Notes under the pieces: generated by a model
Databases searched by the model: none
Seen by the model: only the letters and a program-made list of their open reading frames with translations
Told to the model about the DNA's origin: nothing
From: Candidatus Latescibacterota bacterium
Lineage (GTDB): Bacteria > Latescibacterota > UBA2968
Assembly: GCA_003526745.1 (NCBI GenBank)
Contig: DPVD01000106.1
Location: 3,664 to 60,745 of the forward strand
Direction of reading: 5' to 3'
DNA: 57,082 bases
Shown here: positions 16,632 through 24,058 of the stretch, in pieces
How positions within the stretch are numbered: position 1 is the first letter of the stretch
How the letters are laid out: each line of letters opens with the position of its first letter
Position numbers and translations under genes: made by a program

Positions 16632-17468
16632 TTATCCTTCGTCTATGAATCGCGCGTGAAGCGCACGCAGATCATTCGCATCTACATTGGATATCCCGTC
16701 AGCGGTCACTGTTTTGACCGTCGGGAAGACGTCTGCACTTCGTTCGTATCTCCCCGTCGCTGAATCGTATTCGGAGGCCGTAAACAGAAGACGCAGCGAC
16801 AGCCCGATGGCCTCTTCTCTCGGGAGGTCCGAAAACCGGGTCTGCCCCCAGCGATTAAGGTGATACATCACACCCCGGATGGCGGGAGAACCCGAGCCTG
16901 TCGTCGTAAAGTCTGTGACTTCGAACTGTGCTCCAAGCGCATCATAGAAGAAGATCTTCCCGGCCTCGTCGCGACTATCGTAGATCGCAAAGATAGGGAT
17001 CACGGCACCTATCCCCTGGATGGCCATCGGAAGGTTATCGCGAATAAGGATCGAGAGCCGCCTGAGCTTTGCTTCGATGCTCATCTCGGTTAGCTGACGG
17101 CGGCGATGATACTGGAAGGAATGCTCCAGAATTCGGGCAATCTCGTAGGCCATAGCGGGAGAACCCGAGATCGCCATAACAGAGTGATCATCGATCGGCA
17201 GCACCTTGTCAGCTCGATCATAAATCACCGCATTCCCAGCAGTAGCCCGACGATCACCAGCAATAAGTACACCGTCGTCATAGCGAAGCGCTAAGATGGT
17301 TGTGCCTTCGGTCGGCGTAAACGCCGATCCCTGACCGGAGGAGACCTCGGCCACGACCTGGCCGGGAAAGTGATACCCGCCTGCTTTCAGGAGATCAAAG
17401 AAGTCGGCGCCCGGTCCAAGTGTGGGCAGGGCGCCGAAGTTGAATCCGTCACTTGATGAGTCGGGCAT
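16632..17468 (-). CDS. prcB: bacterial 20S proteasome beta subunit with propeptide
   Basis: 278 aa. A 55-aa propeptide ends ...TPTEG, followed by TTILALRYDDGVLIAGDRRATAGNAVIYDRADK. Counting from the predicted mature N-terminus (codon at 17301-17303), Thr1, Asp17 and Lys33 are all present. Confidence 0.92.
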   Translation of the reverse strand: MPDSSSDGFNFGALPTLGPGADFFDLLKAGGYHFPGQVVAEVSSGQGSAFTPTEGTTILALRYDDGVLIAGDRRATAGNAVIYDRADKVLPIDDHSVMAISGSPAMAYEIARILEHSFQYHRRRQLTEMSIEAKLRRLSILIRDNLPMAIQGIGAVIPIFAIYDSRDEAGKIFFYDALGAQFEVTDFTTTGSGSPAIRGVMYHLNRWGQTRFSDLPREEAIGLSLRLLFTASEYDSATGRYERSADVFPTVKTVTADGISNVDANDLRALHARFIDEG

Positions 17469-17650
17469 TATTCCCCGGTCCGCTGACGATACCTTCTGGC
17501 CTGGTTTGGATCGACGCGCCGCATACGTCGCATCAGGTCCTGCGTATCAGGCCTGTCTACCTTCGGACGGCTCGGACCCCCTTCGTCATCTTCAGGACGT
17601 AAGGGTTTGGTTGGACGCTGTTTTCTCTCGAATGAAACAAACCTGTCCAT
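17468..17650 (-). CDS. pup: UBact/Pup-type prokaryotic ubiquitin-like modifier, 60 aa, C-terminal Glu
   Basis: ORF track gives 17468..17671 (GTG). GGAGGA at 17657-17662 sits 6 nt before ATG 17650, giving MDRFVSFERKQRPTKPLRPEDDEGGPSRPKVDRPDTQDLMRRMRRVDPNQARRYRQRTGE. The ORF lies between dop and prcB, and its stop overlaps the prcB ATG (TAATG). Low complexity, no predicted fold. Confidence 0.8.
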   Translation of the reverse strand: MDRFVSFERKQRPTKPLRPEDDEGGPSRPKVDRPDTQDLMRRMRRVDPNQARRYRQRTGE

Positions 17651-17667
17651 AGTCATTCCTCCTATTA

Positions 17668-19215
17668 TCACGCCAGCGCAACCGGCTGGAGATCTGTAGC
17701 TCTCAAAGAATCAATTAATTGTTCAAGTGTACTGGACTCGTCGAGAATCGCGTTACAGGCCCGAGCAAGATCGGTTTCGACCATACCCCGAAGGTCCACC
17801 GCCTCGTATCGACCGTTAATAGAGAAAACAACGCGGTCCCAGTTGATTGACTTCACAGAGTCGCCAAACTTCTCGAGCGACCGTCCCCTGAAATAAGCTC
17901 GCGTTCCGACAGGTGGCGCCGCCATCGCTTCGGCGATCTCCTCATCCTCAACAAGCCTCAGAGTCTGACCCTCTGCTTCTAAAAGATAATAAAGACCACT
18001 CTCCCGGTCGACATTATGATACTCAAGATCCTGACTCTGCAGCCAGGTCATATCATCCGTGTTGTCCCAAGACAGGTCCTCCGCTTCCCGAAAACTGTCG
18101 ATCAGGAACTTCTTCGTAACCCAATCTATGCTCCCGATCAAGGACGCGTAGTCGGATTCAAGGGAATCGAGCGTCTGTTCCCACGCCTGAAGAACCCAGT
18201 CCGTTTCCGGGTCTTCGCCCGTGAAACGCTTCTGCGCCCGTCCAAGATATTCTCGCTGGATATCGACCGCGGGAATGAGACGGTTCGGAGATCCTTCGAC
18301 CTCGGCCAGCCATTGGTAAGTCTGATCCAGTGCGATGTTCCGCATGGCGGACACTGGATTCCGAAGCACGATATCCGGTAAGTCGTCCTGCTCGATCAAT
18401 CCCACGACCAAGGCCGTGGCCCCGACCTTCAGTGCCGTCGCGAACTCCGACATGTTGGAGTCACCGACGATCACGTGAAGCCTGCGGTATCGGTCGGAGT
18501 CGGCGTGCGGCTCGTCCCGCGTGTTCACAAGAGGTCGCTTGTGCATAGTATCGATGCTGGCGATCACTTCGAAGAACTCGGAACGCTGAGCAATCTGGAA
18601 AAGGCCGGCCTTCTTCCCGCGCTCTTCTCCAACCTTGCCCGCTCCCGCATAAATCTGCCGAGTGGCAAAGAACGGCAGCAACCCCTGAACGATCCGATCG
18701 AACGGCGTTATACGGGCCATCAGATAGTTCTCGTGGCATCCGTAGCTGTGGCCCTCGAAGTCCGTGTTGTTCTTGTACATCACAACACGTCCCGATCCGA
18801 GTGCTTCTGTTCGCCGATCAGCGCAGATACTGACGATTCGCTCCCCCGCCTTGTCCTGTGCGACGAGCTCGAACAGCCCGAGACATTCACCCGTCGCGTA
18901 TTCCGGATGGGTGTGATCGTTGTAGAATCGGGCGCCGTTGTAGATGATCAGGTCGCTCTTCAGCTCCTTGAACGGAATCTTTCGCTCCCGATCCTGCTGC
19001 AGATGGACCTTTTCGTCAGTGTCGTTCAGCAGCTCTTTAACTTCAAACCCCCGAGCGTCCTTGCGTGGATTTTCGAGCTTATAGTCCCAGAGCGGCACGA
19101 ATTCGGCATCAGAGTAACATCGAATCAGCTGCATGGACTCTTCGACGACGTCGATCTTGTCGACATCCTCAATCGTAATGCCGTACTCCGTTTCGATCCC
19201 GAAAAGCCTGTTCAT
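17668..19215 (-). CDS. dop: Dop homologue (deamidase/depupylase of Pup)
   Basis: 515 aa. LFGIETEYG, NGARFYNDHTHPEYATGEC and RLHVIVGDSNMSEFA are present. It carries an extra segment WDYKLENPRKDARGFEV..., which matches my memory of the M. tuberculosis Dop loop region (WDYEVESPLRDARGFDL). Sits immediately downstream of mpa and upstream of the modifier, as in actinobacteria. Confidence 0.88.
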   Translation of the reverse strand: MNRLFGIETEYGITIEDVDKIDVVEESMQLIRCYSDAEFVPLWDYKLENPRKDARGFEVKELLNDTDEKVHLQQDRERKIPFKELKSDLIIYNGARFYNDHTHPEYATGECLGLFELVAQDKAGERIVSICADRRTEALGSGRVVMYKNNTDFEGHSYGCHENYLMARITPFDRIVQGLLPFFATRQIYAGAGKVGEERGKKAGLFQIAQRSEFFEVIASIDTMHKRPLVNTRDEPHADSDRYRRLHVIVGDSNMSEFATALKVGATALVVGLIEQDDLPDIVLRNPVSAMRNIALDQTYQWLAEVEGSPNRLIPAVDIQREYLGRAQKRFTGEDPETDWVLQAWEQTLDSLESDYASLIGSIDWVTKKFLIDSFREAEDLSWDNTDDMTWLQSQDLEYHNVDRESGLYYLLEAEGQTLRLVEDEEIAEAMAAPPVGTRAYFRGRSLEKFGDSVKSINWDRVVFSINGRYEAVDLRGMVETDLARACNAILDESSTLEQLIDSLRATDLQPVALA

Positions 19216-19218
19216 CTG

Positions 19219-20862
19219 CTAGATAACGCTCTGCTGACTGCGTCGCTTAGTCGCCTCAGGACGAATCGGCGCAACCTTGACGACGTTCTCGGGTTCGTAA
19301 TCGAGGAGTTTCAACCAGTCTTCCGTGCTATCGTTGGGAGGAAATATCTCGTTCTCCGCATACTCTGTCGCAACAGCGTTCATCAAATCCTCTAGCGATA
19401 TCCCTTCGTCGTTCCCCGACGCAATCGACCTGAGGATCGCATACTCTTTCGCCCTTCGAACGATCGATTCGAGCACGGCGCCGCTGCAGAGATCCGCTCT
19501 GTGCAAAATCTCCTTCCGGCCGCTTTTAAGCGTCACTTCCAGGAAACGTGTGTCGTCTCGTCTGGCAAAAATCTCTTCCACCATCTCGTTGACGCAGTGA
19601 TCAATCGCATTGAGCTCGGATCCACTTTCCTCTAATCCAAGATCGATCGGCAAATCCGGCGTGAGGTAAATCTTCAGGATTTCGCCAGCGTCCGCCTTAC
19701 CTGGACGTGTGACCTTGATCTTTCGATCGATCCGTCCGGGCCGCAGGATGGCTGGATCGATAAGGTCTGGACGATTCGACGCCAGGATCAGAACCACGTC
19801 CTGCAGAGAATCGATCCCATCCATCTCGGCGCAGAACATCGGGACAACGGTATTCGATATGCTGTGTGACCGCATCGCACGACGCGTTCCCAAGATCGAC
19901 TCAGCCTCGTCGATAAACACAACGGGCAAATACCCCTCTTTACGTTTTTCACGAGCCCGACTGAAGATCTCCCGTACTTGGCGCTCGGACTCACCCAGCC
20001 ACATGTTCAGGATCTCGGGACCCTTGATGTGCATGAAGCACTGCTTCATATCCCGATTACCCTCCCGTTGGGCTTGGAGTGCCAAGTTGTAAGCCGTCGC
20101 CTTGCCGATACGTGTTTTCCCGCATCCCGGCGGACCATACAACAAAAAGCCTTTGGGAGTGCTGTACTGAAACCTCTCGAAGAGCTCAGGATGTAGAACG
20201 GGCATTTCGATCGTGTCTTTGATCGCGTGTATGGCTTCTTCTTGGCCTCCAATCCTCTCCCAAGGCAGATCCGGAATCTCCTCGAGGTAGTAGTCGCTAA
20301 CCTCGGGGTTGTCGATCCGCTCAATGGCCACGCGGAAGCTCGGATCTACACGCACGTCCTCGCCCACCTTCAGATCCTCGTCTAGCAGCAGAGTCGACCG
20401 GGACAGGATGGTGGACTGGGCCCCGTGCTCCTGTCCGACACGAATTCGGCCGTCCTTCAGCACATCCGTGATCTTCGCGATGGAGCCCGCGAACTGATAC
20501 CCGAGACAACCGACGACGGCGAACGCTTCGTTCACCCGAACACGACTACCGACCTCCAGATCGTCCGCGTTGATTCGGGCATCGACATTTGCGTAATATT
20601 CCGACCCTCCAACCGAGATACAGGCGACCCCGTTCTTGGGCGGCTCTAGTAGCGTCCCAATCCGGTTCGCAGGACCCGTCACCTTCTCCAGTGCCCCTTC
20701 AAGCTCGACGATCGTTCGGCGCGCCTCTTCAAAGGTGATCTCGTCTTCCTGGAGTTGGCGCCTTAGTTGATACAGCAGGGATCGACGTTTGTCTTTCTCG
20801 TCCATCGACATGAGGATCTGGTCGATGAGCGACAGGGACTGAAACGTATGCTGCATGTCCAC
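19219..20862 (-). CDS. mpa: proteasome-associated AAA+ ATPase (Mpa/ARC)
   Basis: 547 aa (GTG 20862 or ATG 20856). N-terminal coiled-coil-like segment, an OB-type middle region, Walker A GPPGCGKT and Walker B VVFIDEAES. First gene of the operon; its stop lies 3 nt before the dop ATG. Confidence 0.9.
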   Translation of the reverse strand: MDMQHTFQSLSLIDQILMSMDEKDKRRSLLYQLRRQLQEDEITFEEARRTIVELEGALEKVTGPANRIGTLLEPPKNGVACISVGGSEYYANVDARINADDLEVGSRVRVNEAFAVVGCLGYQFAGSIAKITDVLKDGRIRVGQEHGAQSTILSRSTLLLDEDLKVGEDVRVDPSFRVAIERIDNPEVSDYYLEEIPDLPWERIGGQEEAIHAIKDTIEMPVLHPELFERFQYSTPKGFLLYGPPGCGKTRIGKATAYNLALQAQREGNRDMKQCFMHIKGPEILNMWLGESERQVREIFSRAREKRKEGYLPVVFIDEAESILGTRRAMRSHSISNTVVPMFCAEMDGIDSLQDVVLILASNRPDLIDPAILRPGRIDRKIKVTRPGKADAGEILKIYLTPDLPIDLGLEESGSELNAIDHCVNEMVEEIFARRDDTRFLEVTLKSGRKEILHRADLCSGAVLESIVRRAKEYAILRSIASGNDEGISLEDLMNAVATEYAENEIFPPNDSTEDWLKLLDYEPENVVKVAPIRPEATKRRSQQSVI

Positions 20863-21502
20863 ATAGTCTTGTAGGAAGTCGTCGGGCGACTTGCGCTGGC
20901 GGCTATCATCATCTTGAGAGTTGATAGGTCACCCCCATAGGAGTTTAAGTCGGGAAAGGTTGACCAATGGGCTTAGTTTAGCACACCCATACCCGGGTGT
21001 CAAGACGACCCAGAATCATTATTTCAATGTAAAACAATATGTTACAACAAAAAACCGCCTCCTAGCCACGGAGCCGGTGAGGAAAGTAGGTAGCCTTCGT
21101 GGTTCAGGCCAAAAGGTCGATCCCCCCCGAAGATGGCGCGTGCTGCAATCCTGGATCTGGAGACTCCTCGTTGCCTGAGTCCGTTCCCCGTCCTCTTCTT
21201 TGAGCACCGTGGTCACGGGTATTCTGTTCCTCAATTTTTCTGTCGGGGTCCATTCGATCGGAAGGCAAGGGGCGAGAAGTGTCCTCGGCACGCTGGATAG
21301 CCAGCGATGATGCGGCGCCCTGAACAGTATCAGCCCCATCCCTAATTAAGAGGTTATGTTGCCTCGAAGCCTCTAACGTAACGAGACGGAAGTTCTCCTG
21401 AAATTCTACAGCTCGCACCTGCATATCGCGATTACCTGGGTTGGCCAGATGTTGATTACCTACATTAAAAAGTTATCCGGCTCGAAGGCAAAAGTCAACG
21501 GG

Positions 21503-22492
21503 TCACGACTCCACCGCGACTGGGTGGCCACCCTTTTCAGCCGACTCCCAGGCGGCTTCTGTCAATTGTATGACCCGTAGGCCACATATGGCCGGAACCT
21601 GTATCACGTCCCTGCCCAGGATGGCATCGATGAAATTCTGGTCAGGGCTTGTGAAACGAGTTGGCAACGAGTTGATTTCGATTGGCTCTGCGCCATACTT
21701 GCACGTGATCTGGCCGTTGCGAGAGTAGATAGCGCCCTTCTGTCCCCAAATCGTGATATCCTCCCACATGCCGGGTCCAGGCCCGTTTCCGACGACAGAA
21801 AACGTCCCCATCGTCCCGTTCTCGAACAAAACAGACATTGAGGTGTTTATGTCGACTTCAGCGTCAAAGTACTCCATCCGTGCGGAGACCTCTACGGGGG
21901 GCTGATCGATCATCCATAGGACGATGTCAAGTAGGTGGCTGCCCGAGTCATTCAGTTGCCCTCCACCGGAAAGGGATTTGGCCATCCGCCACGTCCCCTG
22001 CTGGTTTCTGTACCAGGCCTGATCCTGGAGAGCATTCACAAACTGGACATCCCCGATCTCTCCAGTGCGGATCTGGTTGCGAATATATCGAAAAGACGCT
22101 GCCAAATGCCGTTGATACGAAACCATTAGGATCTTATCTGCCCGCTCAGATAAAGCTATCACTTCCTTCGCGTGGTCGACTTGACACACCATCGGTTTCT
22201 CTACAAGGACGTGCAGACCGGCCTCAAGTCCGCAGACGATTTGTTCGTAATGCATCGTATGCGGTGAGGAAATAACGATCGCATCAAGCCCACCTTTCTC
22301 GATCAGATCTTTTAGCGAGGCGTGGGTAGTTAACCCTGTGGCGTCTGGCACGCGCTCTTTCATCTTCGAGATATTGGCTGCACTGGGATCCGTCACCCCC
22401 ACAACCTCGACCTCCGGAATCTGGATCAGTCGTTTCAGGTGGCCAGTCATGTTTCCACCACATCCAACGAGTCCAACTCTTATCTCAGACAA
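21503..22492 (-). CDS. Gfo/Idh/MocA family NAD(P)-dependent oxidoreductase
   Basis: 329 aa. N-terminal Rossmann motif IRVGLVGCGGNMTGH; LHVLVEKPM; typical length and C-terminal alpha/beta domain. Confidence 0.85.
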   Translation of the reverse strand: MSEIRVGLVGCGGNMTGHLKRLIQIPEVEVVGVTDPSAANISKMKERVPDATGLTTHASLKDLIEKGGLDAIVISSPHTMHYEQIVCGLEAGLHVLVEKPMVCQVDHAKEVIALSERADKILMVSYQRHLAASFRYIRNQIRTGEIGDVQFVNALQDQAWYRNQQGTWRMAKSLSGGGQLNDSGSHLLDIVLWMIDQPPVEVSARMEYFDAEVDINTSMSVLFENGTMGTFSVVGNGPGPGMWEDITIWGQKGAIYSRNGQITCKYGAEPIEINSLPTRFTSPDQNFIDAILGRDVIQVPAICGLRVIQLTEAAWESAEKGGHPVAVES

Positions 22493-22508
22493 AACGAACT
22501 TCCCTTCG

Positions 22509-22550
22509 GAAAAAAAGAAAAGCCGCAGGCCCTTAATAGGCCCTGCGGCT
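22509..22550 (-). terminator. rho-independent terminator after the 464-aa surface-protein gene
   Basis: On the minus strand: AGCCGCAGG...CCTGCGGCT hairpin (22521-22550) followed by TTTTCTTTTTTT. It lies 25 nt past the stop at 22575. Confidence 0.75.
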
Positions 22551-22574
22551 TTACCTTAATCGCATAGGACTCGA

Positions 22575-23966
22575 TTACTTCAGGAGCAGCATCTTCTGCG
22601 AGGCTGAAAACTGTCCGGCCTCAACCTTTGCGATGTAGACACCGCTACCGACACCACGACCCAAGTTGTCGAGCGCATCCCACTGGACCGTGTAGCGACC
22701 AGCGTTTTTTTGCTCTGTCACCAAGCGACGGACTTCCTGACCCAGGGCATCGTAGATCACGATCGAAACGGCCGACTCACTCGGCAGATCGTAGGCGATC
22801 GTCGTTGCTGGGTTGAAAGGGTTCGGATAAATGTGCGTTCCGAATTCCGTCGGAAGATCGAGAAAACGTGCACCGAGGATCACTTCGATCGGGGCAGAAC
22901 TATGAATGGCTCCGTCGAGATCGAGCTGGTCGAGGCGGTAGAAAACCTTCTCGACACCCGGGACATTCGAATCTTTAAATCCGTAGTTCAGGACTGCATC
23001 AGATGTTCCGGCACCCGGAATAAAGTCGCTCACGACTTCGTAAGTGATTCCGTCCGTGCTCCGCATCACCTGCCAGCCCGCGTTGTTCGTTTGTGAAACC
23101 GTCGTCCAGTTCAGGGCGACGCTTTCTTCTAGGACCGAGCCGCCGAAAGAGGCAAGCTCAGCCGGAACCTGCTCACTGAAAGTGACGCTGACAGCTGCTG
23201 TAGTCGTCGTGCCATCAGATGCTGTGACATCGGCCGTTGCCGCACCGGAGCCGCTAGCGGTCAGTGTGAGCGTGCCGTCACCGTTATCTGTATCACTGAT
23301 CGTAGCCGTACCGCCTGTTGAGGTAACCGTGAAACTGACGACTGCGCCAGCCGGGAAACCCGAGGCTGTGACTGTGATCGCTGGTGAGACTCCACCCCGC
23401 GGGATCTCGACAATGCTTACATCTGCCGCCGCTTTGGGAACGGCATTGAAGGCCATCGTCTGGGAAATTGTTCGTTTGTCGGTCGCAGATGCAGCTAGTT
23501 CTACGCTGACTGTAACCGAAAACTCCACACCTGTTACATCAGCTACCGTAACAAGCGTGATTGCTCCCAAATAACCCGCTGTTGGCGTTACCGGCCCCGT
23601 CAGTGACCCAACTGATTGGGCCGTGGCTGTCCCGGGTAGCTTGATCCCAAAAGGGGTGTCCATATTCGCATTTGCAGCTGAGTCCATCGTTATCTGTGTG
23701 TTATCTGCAGTCAGGCTGAAATTGGCTCCGGAAAGTCCTGTGGTTACTGGATTCGCGAAGACTTCAATAACAACAGCCGTACCTGCACCTGCTACTACAC
23801 CACCCGTCACGCCATCATCCGTCTTGTTACCGGTACTTGCGTCTGCTCCGACATAGTCAAGCGTCAGAACCGCATCTAAGTTGGAGGTCTGACCCAGCAC
23901 CTCCGTTCCGGTGAAGAGCCAAGCAGCCGCGACGAGCCAGAGAACAACCATTCTGGTACTCTTCAT
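22575..23966 (-). CDS. secreted surface protein with T9SS type-A / FlgD-Ig-like C-terminal sorting domain
   Basis: ORF 22575..24050; start ATG 23966 (GAGGA upstream) gives signal peptide MKSTRMVVLWLVAAAWLFTGTEVLGQ. T/A/G/V-rich Ig-like middle region. C-terminus IYPNPFNPATTIAYDLPSESAVSIVIYDALGQEVRRL...SGVYIAKVEAGQFSASQKMLLLK. Confidence 0.85.
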   Translation of the reverse strand: MKSTRMVVLWLVAAAWLFTGTEVLGQTSNLDAVLTLDYVGADASTGNKTDDGVTGGVVAGAGTAVVIEVFANPVTTGLSGANFSLTADNTQITMDSAANANMDTPFGIKLPGTATAQSVGSLTGPVTPTAGYLGAITLVTVADVTGVEFSVTVSVELAASATDKRTISQTMAFNAVPKAAADVSIVEIPRGGVSPAITVTASGFPAGAVVSFTVTSTGGTATISDTDNGDGTLTLTASGSGAATADVTASDGTTTTAAVSVTFSEQVPAELASFGGSVLEESVALNWTTVSQTNNAGWQVMRSTDGITYEVVSDFIPGAGTSDAVLNYGFKDSNVPGVEKVFYRLDQLDLDGAIHSSAPIEVILGARFLDLPTEFGTHIYPNPFNPATTIAYDLPSESAVSIVIYDALGQEVRRLVTEQKNAGRYTVQWDALDNLGRGVGSGVYIAKVEAGQFSASQKMLLLK

Positions 23967-24017
23967 TGGATTTTCCTCATTTACCTTCGAAGATTCGCAA
24001 AAAAAAAGCGGAACCAA

Positions 24018-24041
24018 GGCCCTCATCCGAAGATGAGGGCC
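24018..24041 (-). terminator. stable hairpin between the two surface-protein genes (possible attenuator or partial terminator)
   Basis: GGCCCTCATC-cgaa-GATGAGGGCC, a perfect 10-bp stem. On the minus strand a T9 run follows, but only after an 8-9 nt spacer. Confidence 0.4.
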
Positions 24042-24058
24042 CTGATCCACTCATACGG

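Noticed and set aside
18475-19395. 306-aa plus-strand ORF
   Set aside because: It lies entirely antisense to dop and the 3' end of mpa, which have strong family motifs. Its composition is the Arg/Leu/Val-rich kind typical of shadow ORFs in GC-rich coding DNA.
21060-21100. GGTGAGGAAAGTAGG, reminiscent of the RNase P RNA GAGGAAAGTCC core
   Set aside because: The match stops after GAGGAAAGT. No ACAGAACCCGGCTTA-type 3' element or compatible helices were found nearby on either strand.
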